From Mobula hypostoma (lineage: Eukaryota): a stretch of DNA of 64,000 nt. The stretch spans positions 3,846,001 to 3,910,000 of the forward strand of contig NC_086101.1 of NCBI RefSeq assembly GCF_963921235.1. Direction: 5' to 3'. Both the position numbers and the translations under genes were made by a program. Position 1 is the first letter of the stretch, and every line of letters starts with the position of its first letter. Positions 13,090-23,580 of the stretch are shown one piece after another. The notes beneath the pieces are model-generated. The model was not told the DNA's origin and did not search any database. It was given only the letters and a program-made list of their open reading frames with translations.

Positions 13090-13560
13090 TCTCGTTCACC
13101 CTTGCCCTCAGTCTGTCGGATTGCACAGGAGAGAGGCCAGAGCACCGGAGACCCATCAGTAGCCGCTGCGGCGCAGCTCCGGTCTCCCAGCAGCAGGAAG
13201 CGGGTTTCGGGGGCAGCTGCAGACAACAGTCCCCGATCCCCCGGGGAGAAAGGCCGGGCACCCTCCGTGTAGCTGAACCATCTCATGCAATCCCCGCAGT
13301 TTCTTCATCTCCGCAGTCGGTAGGATTGAAAACCCCGGCCGGTGTCGCACCTTTGCCCGAGGAGCGACTCCCGATCTCCGGCCTCGCCACCGGTCCAGTC
13401 GCTCCCGGTTCCAAACACCGGACCGCCTTCCGGCCCGAGCGTTCTGCGCCCCGCCCACTGACACTCGGCAGGGCTGACCGCAGCCAATGAGAGCCGGCTT
13501 CTCCCAGCAGTGCTCGCTGATTGGCTGTGAGTGTGGCTGAGAACGATGTTCTCCGAAACT
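13090..13560. promoter_or_regulatory. CpG-rich promoter-like island
   Basis: Locally high CpG density; GC box CCGCCC at 13451-13456; CCAAT at 13484-13488 and ATTGG at 13520-13524; ETS-like CTTCCGG near 13427. Confidence 0.55.
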
Positions 13561-13669
13561 CAGAAGCTCAAAGTACATTTTATCTTCAGAGTGTTGCGCA
13601 CGGCCAAGTGTTAAGGCGTCGGGTCCAGTGATCTGAATGGTCGCTAGTTCGAGCCTCAACTACAGTGAC

Positions 13670-13882
13670 ATTTCCCTCTTCCTTCTCCCCGGGCCTCCTG
13701 TCCCATGTTCCTCTCGTATCCCTCTTGCCAATCACCTGTCCAGCTCTCGGCTCCATTCCCTCCCCCTCCTACCTTCTCCCATCATTTTGGATCTCCCCCT
13801 CCCCATCCCACTTTCAAATCTCTTACTAGCTCTTCCTTGAGTTAGTCCTGACGAAGGGTCTCGGCCTGAAACGTCGACTGTA
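13670..13882 (+). mobile_element. Penelope-like terminal repeat fragment split by a CR1 insertion (continues at ~17875-17933)
   Basis: Matches 5495-5707 up to GACTGTAC; the following CTCTTCC...GATGCTGCCTGGCCTGCTGCGTTCACCAGCAACTTTG resumes after the CR1. Confidence 0.85.
13844..13879 (+). ncRNA. Minimal type I hammerhead ribozyme motif
   Basis: AGTC CTGACGA AGGGTCTCGGCCT GAAAC GTC GACT; intact core. Confidence 0.8.
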
Positions 13883-16800
13883 CATAGAACATAGAACATC
13901 TAACATAGAATAGTACAGCACAGTACAGGCCCTTCGGCCCACAATGTTGTGCCGACCCTCAAACCCTGCCTCCCATATACGCCCCCACCTTAGATTCCTC
14001 CATATACCTGTCTAGTAGTCTCTTAAACTTCACTAGTGTATCTGCCTCCACCACTGACTCAGGCAGTGCATTCCACGCACCAACCACTCTCTGAGTAAAA
14101 AACCTTCCTCTAATATCTCCCTTGAACTTCCCACCCCTTACCTTAAAGCCATGTCCTCTTGCATTGAGCAGTGGTGCCCTGGGGAAGAGGTGCTGGCTAT
14201 CCACCCTATCTATTCCTCTTATTATCTTGTACACCTCCATCATGTCTCCTCTCATCCCCCTTCTCTCCAAAGAGTAAAGCCCTAGCTCCCTTCATCTCCG
14301 ATCATAATGCATACTTTCTAAACCAGGCAGCATCCTGGTAAATCTCCTCTGTACCCTCTCCAATGCTTCCACATCCTTCCTATAGTGAGCTGACCAGAAC
14401 TGGACACAATACTCCAAGTGTGGCCTAACCAGAGTTTTATAGAGCTGCATCATTACATCGCGACTCTTAAACTCTATCCCTCGACTTGTGAAAGCTAACA
14501 CCCCATAAGCTTTCTTAACTACCCTATCCACCTGTGAGCCAACTTTCAGGGATCTGTGGACATGTACCCCGAGATCCCTCTGCTCCTCCACACTACCAAG
14601 TATCCTGCCATTTATTTTGTACTCTGCCTTGGAGTTTGTCCTTCCAAAGTGTACCACCTCACACTTCTCCGGGTTGAACTCCATCTGCCACTTCTCAGCC
14701 CACTTCTGCATCCTATCAATGTCTCTCTGCAATCTTTGAAAATCCTCCACACTATATACAACACCCCAATCTTTGTGTCGTCTGCAAACTTGCCAACCCA
14801 CCCTTCTACCCCAACATCCAGGTCGTTAATAAAAATCACAAAAAGTAGAGGTCCCAGAACAGATCCTTGTGGGACACCACCAGTCACAATCCTCCAATCC
14901 TCTGCCCTTCACAAAGCCATGCTGACTGTCCCTGATCAGACTATGATTCTCTAAATGCCTATAGATCCTATCTCTAAGAATCTTTTCCAACAGCTTTCCC
15001 ACCACAGACGTAAGGCTCACTGGTCTATAATTACCTGGACTATCCCTACTTCCTTTTTTGAACAGTGGAACAACATTCGCCTCCCTCCAATCCTCCGGTA
15101 CCATTCCCGTGGACAACGAGGACATAAAGATCCTAGCCAGAGGCTCAGCAATCTCTTCTCTCGCCTCGTGGAGCAGCCTGGGGAATATTCTGTCAGGGCC
15201 CGGGGACTTATCTGTCCTAATGTATTTTAACAACTCCAACACCTCCTCTCCCTTATTATCAGCATGCTCCAGAACATCAACCTCACTCATATTGTCCTCA
15301 CCATCATCAAGTTCCCTCTCATTGGTGAATACTGAAGAGAAGTATTCATTGAGGACCTCGCTCACTTCCACAACCTCCAGGCACATCTTCCCACCTTTAT
15401 CTCTAATCAGTCCTACCTTCACTCCTGTGATCCTTTTTTTCTTCACATAATTGAAGAATGTCTTGGGGTTTTCCTTTACCCTACTCGCCAAGGCCTTCTC
15501 ATGTCCCCTTCTTGCTCTTCTCAGCCCCTTCTTAAGCTCCTTTCTTGCTTCCCTATATTCCTCAATAGACCCAGCTGATTCTTGCTTCCTAAACCTCATG
15601 TATGCTGCCTTCTTTCTGCTGACCAGATTTTCCACCTCACTTGTCACCCATGGTTCCTTCACCCTACCATTCTTTATCTTCCTCACCGGGACAAATTTAT
15701 CCCTAACATCCGGCAAGAGATCTCAAAACATCGACCACATGTCCATAGTACATTTCCCTGCAAAAACATCATCCCAATTCACACCCGCAAGTTCTAGCCT
15801 TATAGCCTCATAATTCGCCTTTCCCCAATCAAAAATTTTCCTGTCCTCTTTGATTCTATCCTTTTCCATGATAATTATAAAGGCCAGGGAGCGGTGGTCA
15901 CTGTCCCCCAGATGCTCACCCACTGAGAGGTCTGTGACCTAACCCGGTTCATTACGTAATACTAGATCTAGTGTGGCATTCCCCCGGTCGGCCTGTCTAC
16001 ATACTGTGACAGGAATGCATCCTGGACACACTTAACAAATTCTGCCCCATCTAAACCCTTGGAATTAATCAGGTGCCAATCAATATTAGGGAAGTTAAAG
16101 TCACCCATGATAACAACCCTGTTATTTTTGCACCTTTCCAAAATCTGCCTCCCAATCTGCTCCTCTGTATCTCTGCTGCTACCAGGGGGCCTATAGAATA
16201 CCCCCAGTAGAGTAACTGTTCCCTTCCTGTTCCTGACTTCCACCCATATTGACTCAAAAGAGGATCCTGCTATATTACCCACCCTTTCTGTAGCTGTAAT
16301 AGTATCCCTGACCAGTAATGCCAACTCTCCTCCCCTTTTTCCGCCCTCTCTATCCCTTTTAAAGCACTGAAATCCAGGAATATTGAGAATCCATTCCTGT
16401 CCTGGTGCCAGCCAAGTCTCTGTAATGGCCACTACATCATAATTCCATGTATGTATCCAAGCTCTCAGTTCATCACCTTCCTGATGCTTCTTGCATTGAG
16501 GTACACACATTTCAGCCCTTCTACCTTACTGTCTTTACACCGTTTATTCTGCTTCTCTTTCCTCAAAGCCTCTCTGAATGTTAGATCTGACTTTACTCCA
16601 TGCACTTCTTTCACTGCTCTATCGCTCTGGGTCCCATCCCCCTCGCAAATTAGTTTAAAACCTCCCGAACCATGCTAGCAAACCTACCTGCAAGGATATT
16701 GCTCCCCCTCAAGTTCAGGTGCAACCCATCCAATCTGTACAGGTCCCACCTTCCCCAGAAGAGAACCCAATGATCTAAAAATCTAAAACCCTGCTCCCTG

Positions 16801-17873
16801 CACCAACTCCTCAGCCACGCATTCAACTGCCATCTCCTCCAATTCTTACCATCACTGTCACGTAGCACTGGCAGCAATCCTGAGAACGCCACCCTTGAGG
16901 TCCTGTTCTTCAGCCTTCTGCCCAGTTCCCGAAACTCACACTTCAGGACCACATCCCTCTTCCTGCCTATGTCGTTGGTACCAACATGTATCACGACTTC
17001 CGGTTGCTTTTCCTCTCGTACCAGGATGTCGTGCACCCGGTCAGAGACATCCCGGACCCTGGCACCCGGGAGGCAACAAACCATGCGGGTGTCCTTTTGA
17101 CGTCCACAAAATCTCCTGTCTGCTCCCTTGACTATAGAGTCTCCAATGACGATAGCTCTCCTCTTCTCCGTCTCACCCCTCTGCACCACAGGGTCAGACT
17201 CAGTGCCTGAGGCCCTGCCACCGTGGCTCACACCTGGTCGGTCGTCCCCGACAACAGTATCCAGAACGGTAAACTTATTATTCAGGGGAATGGCTACAGG
17301 GGTGCTCTGCACTACCTGTCTGCTCACCTTTGCTCTCCCCCCTCTGACTGTCACCCAACGACCTGCTTCCGACAGCCTAGATGTGACTACCTCCTTGTAG
17401 CTCTCATCCATAACTGCCTCATTCTCCCTTATGAGCCGAAGGTCATCCAGCTGCTGCTCCAGATTCCTTACACGGTTTTCCAGATCGCCCAGCCGTATGC
17501 ACTTCTGGCAGATGTGACTCTGCTGGGGAGGGGCGTTCCCCCAAGACTGCCACATCTCACATGAGAGGCGCATCACCGTCTCAGGGGACATTGTAAAAGC
17601 TAACTGCGAGCTAGCTTGTCCTCCGCCTCTTCTCGTCAAAGCCTCTCGACTCAAAGTCTCAACACTCCACTCCTTCACTGGCCCACTCACGCACTGGCCG
17701 CTTCGCTTGAGCTACCCCTCTATTTATCTGTTTGAGCTTTTCAAAATGTTTGGTCACCTGACCTCGATTGCCCAATCAGCTGCTTTCTGTTGAGTCTGAG
17801 CTATTCAAATCTTGATTGTCTAATTAACGGCTTTCTGCTGATCTATTCAAATCTTGATTGACTTGATTGCACA
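13883..17873 (-). mobile_element. Near full-length CR1 LINE (5' UTR, ORF1, disrupted ORF2, (TTCTATG)-type tail)
   Basis: ORF1 at 16650-17591; ORF2 fragments from 16510 to 13959 with APE ([17 protein letters not shown]) and RT ([14 protein letters not shown]) motifs; frameshifts and an internal RT deletion near 14898; tail catagaacatagaac on the + strand. Confidence 0.95.
16650..17591 (-). CDS. CR1 ORF1p (degenerate zinc finger, coiled coil, SGNH esterase), 313 aa from the first ATG
   Basis: Open frame with GDSIV, GTNDI and DGLHL esterase blocks and CQKC followed by a leucine-zipper-like segment. Confidence 0.85.
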   Translation of the reverse strand: MSPETVMRLSCEMWQSWGNAPPQQSHICQKCIRLGDLENRVRNLEQQLDDLRLIRENEAVMDESYKEVVTSRLSEAGRWVTVRGGRAKVSRQVVQSTPVAIPLNNKFTVLDTVVGDDRPGVSHGGRASGTESDPVVQRGETEKRRAIVIGDSIVKGADRRFCGRQKDTRMVCCLPGARVRDVSDRVHDILVREEKQPEVVIHVGTNDIGRKRDVVLKCEFRELGRRLKNRTSRVAFSGLLPVLRDSDGKNWRRWQLNAWLRSWCREQGFRFLDHWVLFWGRWDLYRLDGLHLNLRGSNILAGRFASMVREVLN

Positions 17874-17934
17874 GACCTCTTCCCAGAGATGCTGCCTGGC
17901 CTGCTGCGTTCACCAGCAACTTTGACGTGTGTTG

Positions 17935-18460
17935 GAGTACTGTGCTCAGTTCTGGTCGCCTCACTACAGGAAGGATGTGGAAACCATAGAAAGGGTGCAG
18001 AGGAGATTTACAAGGATGTTGCCAGGATTGGGGAGCATGCCTTATGAGAATTGATTGAGTAAACTCGGCCTTTTCCCCTTGGAGCGACGGAGGATGAGAG
18101 GTGACCTTGTAGAGGTGTATAAGATGATGAGAAGCATTGATTGTGTGGATAGTCAGAGGCTTTTTCCCAGGGCTGAAATGGCTAACACGAGAGGGCATAG
18201 TTTTAAGGTGCTTGGAAGAAGGTACAGCGGAGATGTCAGGGGTAAGTTTTTTACTCAGAGAGTGCTGAGTACGTGGAATGGGCTGCCGGCAATGGTGGTG
18301 GAGGCGGATACAGTAGGGTCTTTTAAAAGACTTTTGGATAGGTACATGGAGCTTCGAAAAATAGAGGGCTATGGGTAAGCCGAGTAATTTCTAAGGCAGG
18401 GACATGTTCGGCACAACTTTGTGTGCCTGTATTGTGCTGTAGGTTTTCTATGTTTCTATC
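17935..18460 (+). mobile_element. 5'-truncated CR1 3' end
   Basis: [17 protein letters not shown]...FFTQRV...FKRLLDRYM; tail tttctatgtttctat. Confidence 0.88.
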
Positions 18461-19229
18461 AATTTGTGATCTTGCTCTACCTGGCTTCACAGAGGTTCTG
18501 CTGGTGCTGGTAGATTGGGGGGTGTGGTGGTGACTTCAATTATCAGTGACCAACCAACTCCATCAGCACTGACAACACCATTCAGCCCTTCACACACTGG
18601 GGGACTGTACCAAGGCCCTTCAGGAGAAGGTGAACCGACAGAAAATTTTCAGTAAGATTGAAAGAGTACAGGGAAACTTGCAGGGATGTTGCTGGGACTT
18701 GAGGACCTGAGTTATAGTGGGAGGTAAATAGACTCGGAATTTATTCCTTTGAGCGTAGGAAATTGATAGTGGTATAGAAAATCACGAGGGTTCTTGATGG
18801 GGTAAGTACAAGCAAGCTTTTTCCACTGAGGTTGGGTGAGACTCGAACTGGAGGTCATGGGTTAAAGGGCGAAAGGTGAAGCGGAGGGGACAGAGGGTGG
18901 TGAGAGTGTGGAACGAGCTGCCAGTGGATGCAGGTTTGGTTTGGACATTTTAGGAAAGTCTGGATGAGCACATGGATGGTCGGGGTATGGAGGGCGATGG
19001 TCCAGGTGCTGGTCGGTGGGACGAGGCGGACTGACAGTTCACTACAGACCAAAAGGCCTATTTCTGTGGTGTAGGACTCTCTGACCCAGTGATGGCCCTC
19101 AACAGCCCCCAAACGCCGCGGGTTGTGCTGCCTCTGTGTGATCTACCTCATTGTGACCTTTGCACTTTGACTGCCCTGTGGCCGTAACACCACACTCTGT
19201 TTTCTCTGTCATTCTGTGACCTCGAAGCT

Positions 19230-19770
19230 TAACCCATTTCAATCAGACTTCCCTCATTCCGACCTGCTGGTGCACGGCCTACTCTGCTACGGCAACGAAG
19301 CCAGGCTCCAGTGGGAGGAGAAACACCTCTGGTGGCTAACATACCGACATCTGGGTGGCCTCCAAACCGATAACGTGAACACTGCTTTCTCCTACGTCCA
19401 GTAATTTATCCCTCCTCTCCTTCTTGCCATTCTCCCTTCTAGTTTCCCTCGCACCCCTTCTCATCCCCTCCCTCTGGTTCCTTGCCTCCTTCCCTTTCTC
19501 CTCTAGTCCACTCTTTCCTATCTTCTCCAGCCCTCTACCTCTTCCATCAATCATCTTTCTTCATTCCACCCCTCCCCTTCCTACTCACACTCCCCCTCAC
19601 CTGGTCTCACCTGTCACCTGGCCTCACCTGTTACCTGCCAGCTGGTACTTCTCTCCCCCTCACCCACCCTCTGATTCTGGCCTTCTGCCCGCTTCCTTCC
19701 CAGTTCTGGCCCGAAACGTCGACTGTTTATTCCTCTCTGCGGATGCTACCTGACTTGCTGAGTGTCGCTC
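19230..19770 (+). mobile_element. Old degraded Penelope-like fragment
   Basis: HSDLLVHGLLC...EEKHL...LGGLQTDNVN, a pyrimidine-rich UTR and a partial hammerhead (CCCGAAACGTCGACT). Confidence 0.7.
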
Positions 19771-20095
19771 TCTGTAACTCGGTCCAAGAAGCAATAGCAA
19801 ACCTACATCCGTCCCTTCGTCAGCGTGGAACAGCACAGGAACAGCCCCTTCGGACCACAAATCTGTGCCAAACCAATTAAATTAGTCATCAAATGACCAA
19901 CTAAACTAATCCCTTCTGCCTACACAATGTCCATATCCTTCCATTCTCCTCACATTCAAGTGCTTATCTAAACTCTGAAAAGTCTCTAATGTGTCTGCCT
20001 CTACCACTGCCCCAGGAGCCCACCACTCTCTGTGTAAACAAAAACTTACCCCTTACATTATCCTTTCACCTTAAACGCCATTTCATGCCAAGTGT

Positions 20096-20400
20096 TGGCA
20101 CGTGGCCAAGTGGTTAAGGCGTTTGCCTAGCGATCTGAAGGTCGCCAGTTCAAGCCTTGGCTGAGGCAGCGTGTTGTGTCCTTGAGCAAGGCACTAATCC
20201 ACACATTGCTCTGCGAAACGACTGGTGCCAAGCTGTATGGGTCCTAATGCCTTTCCCTTGGACAACATCGGTCTCATGGAGACTTGCAGCATGGGCAACT
20301 GCCGGTCATCCACACAACCTTCCCTCGGCCTGCGCCCTGGAAACCTTTCAATGCGCAAATCCATGGTCGCATGAGACTATAACCAAAATGTCACCAGATA
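20096..20400 (+). mobile_element. tRNA-derived SINE
   Basis: A box (TGGCCAAGTGG) and B box (AGTTCAAGCC) followed by the SINE body GTGTCCTTGAGCAAGGCACT; a related degenerate head lies at ~13597-13657. Confidence 0.7.
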
Positions 20401-20882
20401 CAATCCTGGGATTTATTTTCCTGCGGCCATACCGAGAAAATCAATACAATAGTAACTGTAACAGGATCAATGAAAGATCAACCAGTGTGCAGAAAACAAC
20501 AAACTGTACAAATGTAAATACAAATAAATAAATAAAGACAGAGAAGGTGAAATGACAAGGTAAAGTGTCTTTAAAGTGCGTGACACTGGTTGGGGGACCA
20601 TCTCAATGGATGGGCAAGTGTGTGTAGTTATCCCCTATTGTTGAAGATCCTGATCTTTGAGGGCCAGTAACTGTTCTTGAACCTGATGCTGTGAGTCCTG
20701 AGGCTCTTGTACCTTCTGCCTGATCGCAGCAGCAAGAAGAGAGCATGGCCTGGGTGGTGAGGATCTCTGATGCTCGATGCTGCTTTCCTCTGACAGCGTT
20801 TCATGTGGACATGCTCAGTGGTTGAGAGGGCTCTCCCTGTGATGTACTGGGCCGATTCCACTTCCTTTTGTAGGTTCATCAC
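20400..20882 (-). mobile_element. Rex1/Babar LINE 3' fragment
   Basis: RCQRKAASSIRDPHHPGHALFLLLRSGRRYKSLRTHSIRFKNSY. Confidence 0.75.
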
Positions 20883-23128
20883 ACTCTCGATGTGAACCTT
20901 GTGTTAATGAAATGGGTCAAATTCATTCAGACCAGCACCTTTGACCACGGGTCTGTCAGGCAGTGGTCTGCGTGAAATGTCCTGCAGTTACTGCAGGACA
21001 ACGATTGGATGTACCTAGTGTGGTGGTTCCCTGAGCAGACAGTCCAAACCATCAGCAGATCTCACCATCAGTCACCAAGACCTGGCCTGGCTGGCAGGGA
21101 GAGGAGCCCTGCCAGTCTGATCCTTGCTGCACACCCGGAGCATCACTCCCTCAGCGCGCTGCCCCGGGGTTGATGCAGCAGAGATGAGATGGTCTCTCAG
21201 CTCTCTGCGGACTGTGGGCCTGTGAAGAAGATGTGGAGAATGATGCAAGAGACCATACCACGGCAGCTGAGTGACACTGATCTTCAGGTTGTTCCCAGGA
21301 CACACAGGAAAACGGAGTGTCCACAGACAGGGGTTCCTAACCTGGGGTCCACTGACCCCGCATTAATGGTATTGGTCCATGGTATAAAAAGGGATGGGAA
21401 CCCCTGCTGTGGAGGAGTGTAGCTGACTGGCACGTTCCAGGCTGCAGGTGTACATGCTGAGGGACACATTGAAGGGATAGGGTTCCTCTGCTACTCGACA
21501 GGGAGAGGCCGGGTTGGGTGAGGAAGTCTCTCTATTATTGTAGTACTGAACCACCCCAGGGGCCACATGAGCGACAACAGTCTGATCAGTTTTAATGAAT
21601 GTAAAAGAACTCTAAGTATTGGATTTACTGTGAATGTAAATTCATTGGGTAAAGGCATTGCACGGATTATTCTTGATAATATTTTTAAATTGTGAATGAA
21701 GTTTATTTCGATAAAAAGAATGCAACTTGTGGTCTGTGTCCAGAATGAGGGAGACCAGGCCTCCCATTGGAACCAGGACAGACATGGCTGAAGTCAGGAA
21801 GATTCTTCACTTGAAGGGCAGAGGAAAGCAGAACTTCACTGAAACATTGAATGTTTTCCACCCTGTGACATATAATATCCAGTCCAGCGCTTTTTTTCTG
21901 CAGCCACAGGCCATCACCCGTCACCCCACAACACAATAAACTCCTCTCATCCCAGTTTCGTAGCATGAACTAATTTAACACTAATTTAAATGTTTACTTA
22001 ACCACCGTTTTATACCACAGTCTGACTCTCTTTAGACCACGAGAATTTTTTTTTAAAAAAACCAGCTGCTGGAGGAAATGAACGGGTCAGACAGCATCTG
22101 TTGGGGGAATGGACAATCGACATTTTGGGTTGAGACTGTCCAGATGAAAGATCTCCATTTCTTGTGCCTCTTTTCTCAGAGCTTGCCGATTTTGGTCCAG
22201 CCGTAGAACGGCCCTTCATGTTCATCTTAATCCCATCACACCTACTGGGGCACCAGCCGCCGACAGCAGCTCCCCAGAGGCCTCAGTCCTGGGCCGAAGG
22301 TTGATCAGCCCTGTGGCTTTTCCCTTCACCACACAACTTCAATCGTCTTCCAGGGGAAGGTCCTTCCTATCTCAGGGATGAGGCCTCTGGAGATTCAGTT
22401 GGCGTTCCTGTCACACTGTGTTTTTACAGGATGGGGTGGTTAGCCCCATGACCTCATCTTACAGCCAGGCTTGGGCAGTCCATGGCCAACTTTCCGACCT
22501 GTTCAATGTGATTCTGATCCCACCCCGAGGTGGAAACGGCAGTGTTTCCTTCCCACTGAGCTTACGTATAACACCCTGGTTCCAATCTTTACTGCTGTCT
22601 GTAGGCATTTCATTTCAGCAGTTCTATATGAGCAGTCTGTTCTGCTTTCTGGCTTGTTTGGGTTTGAGCTAAGTTAAGGGGCTTTGATGTTCAACTTAGG
22701 AATGTTGCGTCGCCAATAAGGATGGTGGAATTGGGAGAAGGTTCTAGAGAAGATCGGACGAAGAGGTTTATGTGTGGACACTGGTGTGGGTCGACGTCTT
22801 TTTAGTGAGGCCTGGGAGAAGACAGGAGAGAAGCTGGCTGAGGATGCCGTCCAGTTGCACAATGTTGTTTATGGAGTTGAATGACTTCAAGGAGAAAGGA
22901 CCTATACTCCCAGCCTCACGGATTTAGCGGGACTAAGTCATATCTACTCTAGACATACAGAGTGTGGCAAAGGTGATTTTCTCACCGCTTGTTCCGGTGG
23001 CTGTTAGAGAGGGGCTCCAGCCACGGCCAGTAAAAGGGGTTTCGCACACAACAACATAATGTTCATTCCGTGAGACTGCAGCGCGCCTAGTGGACAATCG
23101 CGGTACTGCAGGCGTTCAGCAGCTCCCC

Positions 23129-23157
23129 GAAAGTGAAAGGATCCTGAACCAGGAAGT
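23129..23157 (+). promoter_or_regulatory. IRF-E/ISRE-like motif plus ETS motif immediately upstream of the TRIM ATG
   Basis: GAAAGTGAAA at 23129-23138 (GAAANNGAAA consensus) and CAGGAAGT at 23150-23157. Confidence 0.55.
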
Positions 23158-23169
23158 GCCGGAGTTAAC

Positions 23170-23580
23170 ATGGCTTCGAAACGACAGGTCGAGAGTTTAA
23201 CCGAGGAGGTAATTTGTCCCATCTGCCTGGATTTCTTCACCGATCCGGTGTCACTGGAGTGTGGGCACAACTTCTGTCGCTCCTGCATCACACGGTGCTG
23301 GGAAAAGGCGGAGAGAAACTCCTGCCCAGAATGCAGAGAGGAGTTTGCAGACCGCACCCTCAGGGTCAATCGGGCCTTAGCAAATCTGTCTGAGAAAGCT
23401 CGAAAACTAAACCTGGATCCGAAAGAGAAGGAAAGTAAACTTCACTGCGAGAAACATGAGGAAGAATTGAAGCTGTTTTGTGAGACGGACAAGAAACTGC
23501 TCTGTCTGGTCTGTAGAGACGCGCGGGAACACAGAGAGCACCGCTTCCTGCCGATTGAAGAAGCTGTTGAAGTCTATAAG
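23170..23580 (+). CDS. TRIM coding exon 1 (RING + B-box2)
   Basis: ATG in context AACATGG; ends TATAAG|GTAAAA, phase 0. Confidence 0.95.

Noticed and set aside
13156..13659. 167-aa minus-strand ORF in the CpG island
   Set aside because: Non-ATG start, no recognisable domain, and long frames are expected by chance in GC-rich DNA.
17750..17870. Short direct repeats (CTATTCAAATCTTGATTG) and a near-palindromic GGTCACCTGACC
   Set aside because: They lie in the CR1 5' UTR, and the palindrome has a 2-nt spacer rather than the 3-nt spacer of an oestrogen response element.
20096..20170. tRNA-like sequence with A and B boxes (also ~13597-13657 and 38060-38135)
   Set aside because: No complete cloverleaf; the 20096 and 38060 heads run directly into SINE bodies and the 13597 head is a degenerate copy, so these are SINE heads rather than tRNA genes.
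23004..23369. 121-aa minus-strand ORF overlapping the RING exon, and the 187-aa ORF at 39932-40495
   Set aside because: Antisense shadows of real GC-rich coding exons with no independent protein motifs.
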